Source of the DNA: Candidatus Latescibacterota bacterium
GTDB taxonomy: Bacteria; Latescibacterota; UBA2968; UBA8231
Reading direction: 5' to 3'
DNA: 64,000 nucleotides
Assembly: GCA_965215195.1 (NCBI GenBank)
Contig: CBDCDC010000002.1
Span: forward strand, 1,088,001-1,152,000
The notes below the pieces were generated by a model. It made no database searches, was not told the origin of the DNA, and was given only the letters and a program-made list of their open reading frames with translations. Positions 10,105 to 19,481 of this stretch are shown one piece after another; within the stretch, counting starts at the first letter, position 1, and every line of letters begins with the position of its first letter. A program made the position numbers and the translations under genes.

Positions 10105-11519
10105 TGCAAAATCTCCGCGTACTGAGAGGCAAGAGTAAAGCCGCCGCCAAGGGCTAGGTGCAAGTCAATGCGCGTATCGAGGCGCTGGCGACGGACGGCG
10201 AGCAGGCGACTCTCGGCGTCAAAGGCCCGGCGCTGCGACTCTAGCAGGGCGATGAGATCGGCAAGCCCTCTGGCGTAGCGATCTTCGGCTAAGGCGCGCG
10301 CCGCTACGGCTTCTTCGGCGGCCGTGGCGAGGGCGCGTTCTTGGTCGGCGAGAAAGCCTTCGGCCTTCAGTGCGGCCTCCACCTCGCCGTAGGCCCTAAG
10401 GGCGCGCTGGGCGTAGGCAAAGAGCGCTTGCTCGGCCGCCGAAGCGGCCTGATCAACGCCGGCGCGCAGGCGACCGCCTTGCAGCAGGGGCTGGGCGATG
10501 TTGCCCACGAGGTTCCAGACCGAAAAATCGCCGTCGAGCAAGTCGCTCAACGCGCTCGACGAGCGGCCCGCAGAGGCCGTGAGGCTGATGCGGGGCAACA
10601 GAGCGCGCCGGGCTTGGGCCAGCCGGCGGTCGGCCGCGGCGAGGCGACGCTCAGCCGCTATGAGGTCGGGGCGTCGGCCCACGAGCTGGGCCGGCAGGCC
10701 GGCTGGAATCGGGCCGCTGACAGCGGGCAGCTCGTCCCGGACCTCAATCCGGGCGCTGGGGTAGCGGCCCAAGAGCAATTCGAGCTGGCGCAGGGCGGCG
10801 TCCCGTTGCTGGCGGCGTTGGGCGAGGGTCGCCGCGGCCGCGGCCAAGCTCGACCGGCCCAAGCGCACGTCGAGCGACGAACGCAAGCCGCGGCCATAGC
10901 GATCTTCTATCTGCTCGGTGGAGAGCCGGTAGTTTGCAACGGTCGCGTGCGCTAGCTCGACTTGGTGCCCCGCTTCGACCGCAGCGAAATAGGCCCGCGC
11001 CGTCTGCGCTGCCAGCGAGAGGCGGGCCGCGCGGAAATCAGCGGCGGCGGCATCGGCGGCGGCGAGCGCGGCTTGGGCTCCAGCGCGCAGGCGACCCCAC
11101 AGATCGGCCTCCCAACTCGCCGTCAGATCGACGCCAAAGGACGTGCTTTTGGAACTCAAGACCTGGTCCGGGTCGCGCCCGGGGATGGGCAGGCCGACGA
11201 AATTTTGTTTGCGCCGCGAGCCATTGGCATTCGCGCTGAGTTGGGGCCAGAGCGGCGCACCGGCCGCCCGGGCCTGGGCTTGAGCTTGGGCCAAGCGCGC
11301 CCCGGCGACCTTGAGATCGTAGTTGCGCTCTAGGGCCAACGCCACAAAGCTGTCGAGGCGTGCGGCCCCCAGATCGCGCCACCAGTAGTCGGCGACTGCA
11401 TCCTCGGAAACCCCAGCTGTCCACTGGTCCGGCTGGGCCAAGTCGAGGGCCGGGTATTCGATTTTGGGAGCGGAAGCACAGGCGAGCAGAAACAGCACCG
11501 GGATGCACAATGGCCTCAT
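10101..11519 (-). CDS. TolC/NodT-family outer membrane efflux lipoprotein
   Basis: Start MRPLCIPVLFLLAC (lipobox); WEADLWGRLR, RRPDLIAAE and ALGGG. Confidence 0.9.
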   Translation of the reverse strand: MRPLCIPVLFLLACASAPKIEYPALDLAQPDQWTAGVSEDAVADYWWRDLGAARLDSFVALALERNYDLKVAGARLAQAQAQARAAGAPLWPQLSANANGSRRKQNFVGLPIPGRDPDQVLSSKSTSFGVDLTASWEADLWGRLRAGAQAALAAADAAAADFRAARLSLAAQTARAYFAAVEAGHQVELAHATVANYRLSTEQIEDRYGRGLRSSLDVRLGRSSLAAAAATLAQRRQQRDAALRQLELLLGRYPSARIEVRDELPAVSGPIPAGLPAQLVGRRPDLIAAERRLAAADRRLAQARRALLPRISLTASAGRSSSALSDLLDGDFSVWNLVGNIAQPLLQGGRLRAGVDQAASAAEQALFAYAQRALRAYGEVEAALKAEGFLADQERALATAAEEAVAARALAEDRYARGLADLIALLESQRRAFDAESRLLAVRRQRLDTRIDLHLALGGGFTLASQYAEILQ

Positions 11520-12382
11520 GGCAATTTTCCAGCGGAAGCAGCAAAGTCCGCGTATAGGGTTTCTATTTGCGTGGGGCCGGGGTCTTGGTCTAAGACGAAG
11601 AAGGCATAGTGCAGTTCCAAGCACTCGCCGGCTGTCAGCTCTAAGTCGCCTTCCATCAGCAGGCCGGCGCCCAGCAAGTTTGCACGGGTAAACCAAGTGA
11701 CCGGGTGGCGCGGGTTGGCCGGGTGGTCCATGAGCGCGACCAAGCCGCCGCTTTTCCCGCGCGCCCCGACCCAACGGGCGCGTTGCCCCATGATGTTTGC
11801 GTGGCCGCGGCGTCCCTCGCTGCAATAGTGATCGGCCGCGGCAAAGGAAGGCCCCATGCGCAGTTCCAGCCCCGAGTAGCGCGCCGCCCGCGAGGCCCCC
11901 ATCACCAGCCGATCGCCGGCTGGCTCAATGCGCGTGGATATCCGCAAGCAGTAGCCTCCCTCGGTGCTGTAAAAGCCAAAAGCGCGCGACTCCCGCGCCA
12001 TGAGCTGGTCGCGGCCATTGAGCCAAGAAAGCGACTCGGCCACATAGTCCGCGCTCAAGGCCGTGAAGCAATCGTGCTGCTGCACGCCGTGGCTGTTGGC
12101 GACGTGTTCGTATTTTTTTGTTTCCGGCAAATACCAAGGCCCGCCCCACAAGTTCGCGTCGTCGACGTGGACCCAGCCAAAGTACAGCCCGGTGTGCCAA
12201 GCGTGATCGGGCGGGCGGTATTCGGTCACAAGCTGGCCGGAAGGCGTGTACAGGGGCGCGAAGCAGGGCTTGGGGGATTCGCTGCGGGGCAGTTCCTCGG
12301 TGGCGCGGTACAGGGCGAGCAGCCGGTTGGCCGCGTGGATTTCGAGGCCGAGGGCGTTTTCTCGCAGATCAAAGGCGCACAT
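11516..12382 (-). CDS. PmoA-family/DUF6807 hypothetical protein
   Basis: KPCFAPLYTPSG, DHAWHTGLYFG and DHPANPRHP..W motifs. Start placed at MCAF. Confidence 0.7.
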   Translation of the reverse strand: MCAFDLRENALGLEIHAANRLLALYRATEELPRSESPKPCFAPLYTPSGQLVTEYRPPDHAWHTGLYFGWVHVDDANLWGGPWYLPETKKYEHVANSHGVQQHDCFTALSADYVAESLSWLNGRDQLMARESRAFGFYSTEGGYCLRISTRIEPAGDRLVMGASRAARYSGLELRMGPSFAAADHYCSEGRRGHANIMGQRARWVGARGKSGGLVALMDHPANPRHPVTWFTRANLLGAGLLMEGDLELTAGECLELHYAFFVLDQDPGPTQIETLYADFAASAGKLP

Positions 12383-12384
12383 AG

Positions 12385-13320
12385 CTAGTTCTCCAATTTT
12401 CGTTTGAACCATGCAATGGTCCGGCCCAACCCTTCGTCCGGCCCCACGCAGGGCGTCCAGCCGAGTAGCGAGCGGGCCTTGGCAATGTCGGGCAGGCGCA
12501 CCCGGGGGTCGTCCTGCGGCAGATCGCAAAAGGCGATGCGGCTCTTGGCCCCGGTCATGGCGATGATCGTGCGGGCCAGGTCCAGCATGGTGATTTCACA
12601 GGGGTTGCCGAGGTTGACCGGGGTGGTCACGTCGGACAACATGAGCTTGTACAGGCCGGCGATCAGGTCGCTGTAATGGCAGATGCTGCGCGTTTGCTGG
12701 CCATCGCCATACACAGTCAGATCGCGGCCCTTGAGGGCTTGGCTGATGAAGTTGGGCACGGCCCGGCCATCGTCTTGGCGCATGCGCTCGCCATACGTAT
12801 TGAATATGCGCGCAATGCGCACGTCCGTGCCGTGCAGGCGGTGGTACGCCATGGTCATGGCCTCGGCAAAGCGCTTGGCCTCGTCGTACACGCCGCGGAT
12901 GCCAATGGGGTTGACGTTGCCGAGGTATTCTTCGGACTGGGGATGTACCAAGGGATCGCCATAGACTTCCGAAGTGGAGGCCAGCAGGAACTTGGCCTGC
13001 TTGGCCACGGCCAACCCCAAGGTCTTGTGCGTACCTAGCGAGCCAACTTTGAGGATGTTGATGCCCAATCGCTCGAAGTCGGCCGGACTAGCCGGGCTGG
13101 CCAGATGCAGGATGAAGTCGAGCGGACCATCTACGTGGATGTAGTTGGTGACATCGTATTGAACAAACTGGAATCGCGGATGGCCGAGCAGATGGGCGAT
13201 GTTTTCGGGCCGACTCGTGAGGAAGTTGTCCATGCAGATGATTTCGCAGCCTTCCTCTAGCAGCAGGTCGCTGAGGTGCGACCCCAAGAAACCCGCGCCG
13301 CCGGTGATCAGCACGCGCAT
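12385..13320 (-). CDS. UDP-glucuronate decarboxylase / NAD-dependent epimerase-dehydratase
   Basis: [40 protein letters not shown] and [10 protein letters not shown]. Confidence 0.9.
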   Translation of the reverse strand: MRVLITGGAGFLGSHLSDLLLEEGCEIICMDNFLTSRPENIAHLLGHPRFQFVQYDVTNYIHVDGPLDFILHLASPASPADFERLGINILKVGSLGTHKTLGLAVAKQAKFLLASTSEVYGDPLVHPQSEEYLGNVNPIGIRGVYDEAKRFAEAMTMAYHRLHGTDVRIARIFNTYGERMRQDDGRAVPNFISQALKGRDLTVYGDGQQTRSICHYSDLIAGLYKLMLSDVTTPVNLGNPCEITMLDLARTIIAMTGAKSRIAFCDLPQDDPRVRLPDIAKARSLLGWTPCVGPDEGLGRTIAWFKRKLEN

Positions 13321-13478
13321 TGTGTAGCCTCCTTTCTCTGCTAGCGGGCCGACCATTGGCCGCTCGTTCCACTTCTGAGTTAAACAGCACAAAAATGTAT
13401 TGCCGTCTTGAGAACCTTTCAACCGCGACGCGGGGGTGCCGCTTTAGAATGCTGGAAGGTCAGGGCATTTTGAACTAC

Positions 13479-13505
13479 ATTTGTGATTTATTATGAATCA
13501 CAAAT
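13479..13505. promoter_or_regulatory. Palindromic operator upstream of the TA operon
   Basis: ATTTGTGATT-N7-AATCACAAAT, 13 bp before the antitoxin ATG. Confidence 0.65.
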
Positions 13506-13518
13506 ATGAGGTAAAGAT

Positions 13519-13758
13519 ATGGAATCTCTGACTATCCACATGGACGATGCCTTGGCCCAACTCATACGCAAGAAGGCCGCCGCTGAGGGAAAAAGTCTAA
13601 ACAAGACTATAAACGGCGTGCTGAAGGAGGCCTTGGGTCTGCAGCCGACGAATCACCGAGCGGACTTTTTGGATCAGTGCGGCGTGTGGAGCACCGAGGA
13701 ACGGACTGCATTCGACGCCTTGACTCGCCGCCAAGTAGATCCTGAGGACTGGCAGTGA
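13519..13758 (+). CDS. Ribbon-helix-helix antitoxin (FitA/VapB-like)
   Basis: MESLTIHMDDALAQLIRKKAAAEGKSLN; stop overlaps the PIN gene start (GTGA). Confidence 0.8.
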   Translation: MESLTIHMDDALAQLIRKKAAAEGKSLNKTINGVLKEALGLQPTNHRADFLDQCGVWSTEERTAFDALTRRQVDPEDWQ

Positions 13759-14157
13759 AGGTCCTGTTGGATACCAATGCGTTAAGTGCCCTGTGGAGCG
13801 GCGACGAGCGCGTACTCGAAGCCTTGGGGCAGGCAGAGTGCGTGTTTATGTCCATCATCGTACTCGGCGAATTGTTCGCCGGTTTTCGCGGGGGGACGCG
13901 GATAAAAGAAAATCGCGTCCGTCTGGAAGGGTTTTTAGCCAAACCCACTGTGCGCACACTCGAACTTTCTACTGAGACGGCCGAGGTTTACGGTCAAATC
14001 AAGGACGCACTCAAGAGGGCCGGTACGCCTATACCTTACGCCTATACCTATTAATGATATCTGGCTATCGGCGCAGGCCATTGAAACCGGCTCGGTTTTG
14101 ATCACTTTTGACCGCCACTTTGGCAACGTGCGAGGCATCCGCCTGTGGGACCCATAA
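13755..14157 (+). pseudogene. vapC: VapC PIN toxin frameshifted by a 13-bp tandem duplication
   Basis: TACGCCTATACCT occurs twice (14024-14049). Removing one copy restores GTPIPINDIWLSAQAIETGSVLITFDRHF...DP*. Confidence 0.9.
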
Positions 14158-14192
14158 CCTCATAGGCGTTCTTCCGAGTCGCTTAGTTCTTA

Positions 14193-14403
14193 GAAGCGGT
14201 CTGCTTCACCGCGCCTTTAGGCGTGACAAACCCTCGGCGGAACGCGTTGAGTAGCGGTCAAGCGGCCCTCGGCTGGCGCGGTTTTCGAGGGCGAGACGCC
14301 CTCGCCCCTAGTCGGAGGGAGCGTTTTTCGAGGGCGAGACGCCCTCGCCCCTAGATTGTTTGCTGCACACAAGGGACGGTTCGCGGAATTTTCAGACCGC
14401 TTC
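14193..14403. mobile_element. MITE with IS5-family-like ends (211 bp)
   Basis: Ends GAAGCGGTCTG...CAGACCGCTTC with TA on both sides; the inverted match extends to 17 bp (14187-14203 / 14393-14409). No ORF. Confidence 0.7.
14282..14354. repeat. Two direct copies of a REP-like hairpin
   Basis: TTTTCGAGGGCGAGACGCCCTCGCCCCTAG at 14282-14311 and 14325-14354. Confidence 0.8.
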
Positions 14404-15164
14404 TAAGAAGTCTCCAGCCCCATGTTCTGGTGCTGGCTTTGCAGGGACTCTTGGTATCTGCGCCGGCCTTCCTCATCGACTTTGCAACTGACGCCTTCAA
14501 AGACCATGGCAAAAGCGCGGCGGTGGCGCTGCGACGAGCGATTGGGGTCAGCGCGGTGGATGACTTCGCCGTGGTGGACTACCGCGTCGCCGGGCTGCAA
14601 ATGCACTGCGACTTCATGGGCTTGGTCTTGGGGGCCGTAATCGGCAATGCCCTGCGAAAAGCCCAGCACCGAGGTGCGGTTGTGCGGGCGGATGCCTTGG
14701 CGGTGCGAGCCGGGGCTATAGCGCAGGCAGCCGTTTTCCTCGTCAACCGGGTCGAGGGCCAGCCAAATGGAGGCGACGTTGGGCGGCGTGAGGTTGAAGT
14801 AGAAATTGTCCTGATGCGGCGGCGTGGGGTGTTGGGTCTGCGGCGGCTTGTTGAACCACTCGGGCTGGCTCACCTGCGCGGCTTCGCCGATGAGGGTTTG
14901 GGCTAGGGCCTTCCAGCGCGGCTGGTCGCGGTACGCGGCGAAGAAGGCGTCGTAATCGCCCATCTTCTGTAGTTGTTTTAGGGTTTCGGAGCGGTCCCTG
15001 TCTTGGTAGAAGGCGGCCTGATCGGGCAGAGCAGGCACCACGTCGCGGATGTAGCGGGCGACTTGAGCCATTAGGTTTGCGAGTTCGTCGGGGGGCAGGA
15101 AGTTGCGCACGAGGACGAAGCCGTCGCGGTCGTAAGCGGCTTTATAGGAAGTGTAGTCGGGCAT
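14403..15164 (-). CDS. Phytanoyl-CoA dioxygenase (PhyH) family protein
   Basis: YDRDGF, FNKPP, TPPHQD, WLALD...ENGCL and GDAVVHH...IH...N.S...RRA. Confidence 0.9.
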   Translation of the reverse strand: MPDYTSYKAAYDRDGFVLVRNFLPPDELANLMAQVARYIRDVVPALPDQAAFYQDRDRSETLKQLQKMGDYDAFFAAYRDQPRWKALAQTLIGEAAQVSQPEWFNKPPQTQHPTPPHQDNFYFNLTPPNVASIWLALDPVDEENGCLRYSPGSHRQGIRPHNRTSVLGFSQGIADYGPQDQAHEVAVHLQPGDAVVHHGEVIHRADPNRSSQRHRRAFAMVFEGVSCKVDEEGRRRYQESLQSQHQNMGLETS

Positions 15165-15217
15165 GGTGGCACTCCTTAGTTTTTCGGTCGCTCTGCGACT
15201 CGTCGTATCATTCTAAC

Positions 15218-15368
15218 CTTAGTACACGACCCCTAAAGTAGGCACCCTTACTTTGAGTACGCCTTTTCTGCTGTTTCCGCTGGGTGCGGGATCGAGGGCG
15301 TCTTGCTCTCGACGAGGGCAAGATGCCCTCGATCCTTGGCAGGCTGACGGCTGGTGTCGTGTAGTAAG
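15218..15368. mobile_element. MITE with IS4-family ends (151 bp) carrying REP-like hairpins
   Basis: Ends CTTAGTACACGAC...GTCGTGTAGTAAG; 9-bp target duplication CATTCTAAC at 15209-15217 and 15369-15377. Confidence 0.85.
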
Positions 15369-15411
15369 CATTCTAACTAATTCCATCGCAAAATGACAGT
15401 CAATGCGATAG

Positions 15412-15460
15412 TTGACGAGCCGAGTGCCATCGAGTATTTTCAACTAAATTATTAGTTGAA
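15412..15460 (+). promoter_or_regulatory. Sigma70-type promoter with a BlaI-type operator
   Basis: TTGACG-17 bp-TATTTT, followed by palindrome TTCAACTAA-ATTA-TTAGTTGAA (15439-15460). Confidence 0.8.
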
Positions 15461-15470
15461 AGGACTTGCC

Positions 15471-15878
15471 ATGGCGCTCAGAGAAAAATCCGACAAGAAG
15501 CTAACCCCGCTCGAAACGCTCATTATGAACGTCCTGTGGGACGAGTCGCCCGCGGCCGTCAAGCAGGTGCAGGAGCGGCTAACGGCCGTCAAGCCAATGG
15601 CCTACAATACCGTGCTGACCATAATGCGCATCCTGCGCGATAAGGGCTTTGTGGTCTCGGAGCGCACAGGCCGGGCCGATCTCTATCGCCCGGTGGTCTC
15701 GCGCGAGGACATGGGGCGGCGCTCGCTGGGCGAAGTCATCGACTCGTTCTTTGCCGGCTCGGCCGAAGCGCTGGTCAGCCAACTGCTGAACGGCCAGTCG
15801 CTTAGCGACGAAGAGTTGACGGCGATCCGGGCGGAGTTAGACCGAGCCCTTGAGAGCAGAAAAGGGGGTCGGCGATGA
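15471..15878 (+). CDS. BlaI/MecI/CopY family repressor
   Basis: LTPLETLIMNVLW, AYNTVLTIMRILRDKG and FFAGS; AAAGGA RBS before ATG 15471. Confidence 0.92.
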   Translation: MALREKSDKKLTPLETLIMNVLWDESPAAVKQVQERLTAVKPMAYNTVLTIMRILRDKGFVVSERTGRADLYRPVVSREDMGRRSLGEVIDSFFAGSAEALVSQLLNGQSLSDEELTAIRAELDRALESRKGGRR

Positions 15879-17437
15879 ATGCGGCTTTGAACGGACTGGG
15901 CAGCTATCTATTCGGCTGGTTTAGTCAGTTAAGTATTGAACTAGCGGCGTTGGCGGTCTTAGTCCTAGTGGCCGGTCGCTTGTTGCCGATAAAGTCGCCG
16001 GCCTTGCGCCACCTGTTGTGGGCTATCGTGCTGCTCAAGCCGCTCGTCGCCGTTGCGGTCAGCTCGCCCTATACGCTCTTCACGCCGTTGGTGCCGTTCG
16101 CGGATCACTATTGGAATACCGTCGCGTCTTTGCGCGTTGACCATCCAACGGTACACGTAGCGACTTCTCCAACAATTGCCACAAGTAGTGTGCGACTTAC
16201 TACAGCCGGTTGGGGAGCGATCCTGTGGATGGTAGGCGCAGCGTTGCTCATCGGGCGGATTCTGATCGGCTGCGGCATCGTCTGGTGCTTGCGGCAGCAG
16301 GCGCAAGTGCAACACAACGGCCCGCTTTGCGACGCCCTGCGGCAAGCGCGTCAGACCCTCGACTGCTATCCCAAGGTCGAGGTGGCAACCTCCCCTTCTA
16401 TTGGCTCGCCGATGGCGCTGGGCATCCTGAGACCGCTCATTGTCTTTCCCGCCGATCTTGTGGAAAAACTACGCACCGACGAACTCACGCTGATCCTCAT
16501 GCACGAGCTGGCACACGTGCGCCGCTGGGACAACCTCACGATGCTGCTGCACCGACTAGTCTCCGCTGCATTGTTCTTCCATCCCGCCGTATGGCTGTGC
16601 GGCCATAAGTTACGGCAGGAAACCGAACAGGCCTGCGACGATCTCGTGGTATGCGCCACCGGCCGCTCAGAAGCCTATGCGCACGGCCTAGCTCACGTCG
16701 CTGAACGAGCGGCCCACTTAAACCCTTTGATAAGTAGAATCCCCACGATGAACGCTTTTGCAGCAGAATCGGATTTGGCACTGAGAATCCGCAGGGCGCT
16801 TGGCGGCAGTGCGCGCCGGATGGGTACGCGGGCGCGCGTGTTGGCGGCGGTACTATTGTGTCCCTTAGCTGCTGTGACGCTGCCCTCTTGTGGCACTGCT
16901 GACAACAGCACGGGTGGCGACCTGTCAGCGGCTAAAGTCGCGCCTGAGTCAAGTCGGGATAACGAAATCTGGCGAGAGACGATGGCGACCAATCCAGACG
17001 AATGGTCCGACGAACTGAAAGCCCAGCTTCTCGCGCTTAAACCCGGCAGCACCATCGAAGAAGTCGCCGAGGAGGTCCGGCGAAAGGCATTCGCCGAGGA
17101 GGTCCGTCAGCGCATGCCTTGGCGAGAGGCGACCGATCCGGACAAATGGCCTGACGAACTGAAAGCCCAGCTTCTCGCGCTTAAACCCGGCATCCCGACC
17201 ATCCCGTATGAAATAGCCACCGCTGCATCGGCTGAATTAGCTATTTATAATGTGGCTGGACAGACCGTTCGAACCTTTGTTTTAGGCCATCAGAGTCCCG
17301 GCAAACATAGCATCGTCTGGGACGGGCGGGACGATGCCGGCCGCGAGCTCAGCAACGGCATGTACTTCTGTAAGTTGCAAACCGACGCAGAGGCGGAGGG
17401 CAAGATGATATTCGGTAAGATGATATTGGTTAAATAA
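15875..17437 (+). CDS. BlaR1/M56 metallopeptidase sensor with an internal repeat and FlgD-Ig-like C-terminus
   Basis: HELAHVRRWD and EQACDD; C-terminal IYNVAGQTVRT...WDGRDDAG...SNGMYF. Confidence 0.88.
   Translation: MNAALNGLGSYLFGWFSQLSIELAALAVLVLVAGRLLPIKSPALRHLLWAIVLLKPLVAVAVSSPYTLFTPLVPFADHYWNTVASLRVDHPTVHVATSPTIATSSVRLTTAGWGAILWMVGAALLIGRILIGCGIVWCLRQQAQVQHNGPLCDALRQARQTLDCYPKVEVATSPSIGSPMALGILRPLIVFPADLVEKLRTDELTLILMHELAHVRRWDNLTMLLHRLVSAALFFHPAVWLCGHKLRQETEQACDDLVVCATGRSEAYAHGLAHVAERAAHLNPLISRIPTMNAFAAESDLALRIRRALGGSARRMGTRARVLAAVLLCPLAAVTLPSCGTADNSTGGDLSAAKVAPESSRDNEIWRETMATNPDEWSDELKAQLLALKPGSTIEEVAEEVRRKAFAEEVRQRMPWREATDPDKWPDELKAQLLALKPGIPTIPYEIATAASAELAIYNVAGQTVRTFVLGHQSPGKHSIVWDGRDDAGRELSNGMYFCKLQTDAEAEGKMIFGKMILVK
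16984..17192 (+). repeat. In-frame 65-bp repeat in the M56 gene (ATxPDxWxDELKAQLLALKPG twice)
   Basis: Copies at 16984-17048 and 17128-17192. Confidence 0.85.
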
Positions 17438-17567
17438 CCATTAGGCGCGCATCCACAAGATGGTCAAGCTCCAATAGGAGTGTCCGTCTCTGTTGCACTC
17501 CTGCTAGAGGAGTTCGCCGACTCCAATACCTCGTAGGTGTGCTTCTCTGAGTCCTTCAGGAAAGTAT

Positions 17568-17791
17568 ATCGTAAAATGACGGTCAATGCGATCTATCTCC
17601 GACTCTTTTTGTATCAACTAAAAAATTAGTTGACAAGTCAAGTGCCGTTGAGTATATTCAACTAAATTCTTAGTTGAAAAGACTTGTCATGACGATCAGA
17701 GATAATCCCGCAAAAGCTGATCCCGCTCGAAACGCTCATTCAGTCGCCTGTTGCCGATAAAGTTGCCGGCCTTGCGCCACCTGTTATGGGC
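17568..17791 (+). pseudogene. Deleted duplicate of the blaI promoter plus blaI and blaR 5' fragments
   Basis: 17568-17740 aligns by eye with 15385-15524, and ~17743-17791 with ~15975-16023. Confidence 0.85.
17614..17678 (+). promoter_or_regulatory. Sigma70 promoter with two BlaI-type operators
   Basis: TTGACA (17630)-17 bp-TATATT (17653); operators TCAACTAA-N4-TTAGTTGA at 17614-17633 and 17658-17677. Confidence 0.85.
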
Positions 17792-17901
17792 AAAGCGGAG
17801 ATGATCCGCAAGATAGGTCTAGGCACGATGGTTCATGTTCACGCCTCAAGGCACGGTGGATTTGGCAATTGTGAACGAAATCTCTGGAATGGAGAACCAT
17901 T

Positions 17902-18492
17902 TTGGGTGAGGTTAAAAGGGGGATTCTCCTACGGATTTTATTCTACACGGTTGTCGGTCTCGTTTTCGTCAACATAGCAATCGTCAGCGGAACGTGTGCT
18001 CTATACATAGAGCTCTGGCAATTGAAGGATCTGGAGCAAAGTCGCTTGGAAGCGGTCTTCCCCCGTTTACCAGACGAAAGACTAAGAGAGTTATTAAATC
18101 GATTTTTCCCGGGGTTCACGTCCTATCGCCGTGAGACGCGAGCAAACTTGGTTCGATATGAGGTCTCCCAAGGATGGACCTCATTAGGGGTTGCATACCA
18201 AATTCGCGAGGATATTTCGTGCCCAGTGTGTGCGGATGTCAGGGCTCTTGTCGAGGTTCGAAATGGGAAAATAGGAAATATCATTCTTATTGATCCATTT
18301 CACCTGTATGGCAAACCCATGCCAGCGGAATTGCAGCAGTCCTTTATTGCCCAATTCGAGAACAAGGAAATAAAGGAAAGAATGCTGGTTGGATTCAATG
18401 TGGATGGAATATCGGGAGCGACTAAAAGTTCTGAGAAGTTCGCAAACGGTATTTACAGAATCAAACTGGATATGGCGGGAGGTTCCAGATGA
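17902..18492 (+). CDS. Membrane-anchored FMN-binding domain protein with CxxC
   Basis: N-terminal TM, CPVC and the flavinylation motif VDGISGAT. Confidence 0.8.
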   Translation: MGEVKRGILLRILFYTVVGLVFVNIAIVSGTCALYIELWQLKDLEQSRLEAVFPRLPDERLRELLNRFFPGFTSYRRETRANLVRYEVSQGWTSLGVAYQIREDISCPVCADVRALVEVRNGKIGNIILIDPFHLYGKPMPAELQQSFIAQFENKEIKERMLVGFNVDGISGATKSSEKFANGIYRIKLDMAGGSR

Positions 18493-19085
18493 AAGGGAAA
18501 TCATATTTTTGGAGATTTGCTTTGATCGCTTTCCTCGTCAGTTCAGGAACTTTTCTTTGGGATCTCCAATCCAGTCTTCACCTCGACATTCTGAACGTGA
18601 CTAAACGGCTGGAATCCAAAGATACAATGAATTGGACGAAGTCTGTCCCCATTGGTTCCACCATGCCACACTTTGAATTGTCTTCACTAAATGGCGATGT
18701 AGTCTCTTCTGGGGCACTCAAAGCACAACTGATACTACTTGTATTCTTCGCGCTAGACGATTGTCCTGCGGGTCTGTTAGAGGCGAAGCTTTGGAGGGAC
18801 ATAGATCGGACCTATGAAGATTCCGATGTAGCCGTTCTCGGCATCACTACGTCTCCAATTGACACCTACAAGATGACAATCTTCAAAAGAGGAAGACATA
18901 TCGAGTTCCCGATACTTCTAGACCCGGCAGGAGAATACAAAGACACTTTTGGAATTACAAATACACCAACCAAAGTTTTGGTCGATAATCTTGGGAGGAT
19001 CATAGACGCCAGTGCTTCAGGACAGTCACTAGTTGAGCATAAACTATATAAGGAGAAAATTGTCCGTTTACTCGAAATATTATGA
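18489..19085 (+). CDS. TlpA/peroxiredoxin-like thioredoxin-fold protein
   Basis: IGSTMPHFELSSLNG, FFALDDCPAG, FPILLD and cis-Pro motif TPTKVLVD. Confidence 0.82.
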   Translation: MKGKSYFWRFALIAFLVSSGTFLWDLQSSLHLDILNVTKRLESKDTMNWTKSVPIGSTMPHFELSSLNGDVVSSGALKAQLILLVFFALDDCPAGLLEAKLWRDIDRTYEDSDVAVLGITTSPIDTYKMTIFKRGRHIEFPILLDPAGEYKDTFGITNTPTKVLVDNLGRIIDASASGQSLVEHKLYKEKIVRLLEIL

Positions 19086-19187
19086 ATCTGAGTTAAGAAT
19101 ACTTACCCGAGTGAGAATGAGTTTCATGCGAAATTGCCATGCCCATTGGCCTATTCACAATATGCACACAGAAAGGAGGTGATACCT

Positions 19188-19385
19188 ATGAGACGCTTTT
19201 ATGCCTTCGGAGTGCTAGTAGCAACTGCGGTAGCGGCTGCGCTTGGCCTCAAAGTTACTGAGGCTCGTGCGCACGGTTGTGATGTTCCGGAGTGTCTAGA
19301 GCCGTGGTTATACACATTTAACTGCGGATCCGATATTTGCGGTAATAAAGATTTTACGCTTCGCTGTGGATACTGTATTCCCTGA
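19188..19385 (+). CDS. Secreted Cys-rich peptide (65 aa; 6 Cys in a predicted 37-aa mature part)
   Basis: Strong RBS AAAGGAGGTGA; signal peptide ending ARA; mature HGCDVPECLEPWLYTFNCGSDICGNKDFTLRCGYCIP. Confidence 0.8.
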   Translation: MRRFYAFGVLVATAVAAALGLKVTEARAHGCDVPECLEPWLYTFNCGSDICGNKDFTLRCGYCIP

Positions 19386-19481
19386 GTTCTCTACTGAGAC
19401 TTGAGACTTAGGCAAATGTAATTGAGGCCAATGGGCATGGCATACCTAACATACCTAAGAAAATATCACAAGGAGTTGAAA

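Noticed and set aside
11516-12382. Methane monooxygenase suggested by the PmoA family name
   Set aside because: This is a soluble DUF6807-type protein with no pmoB/pmoC nearby; the name does not imply methanotrophy.
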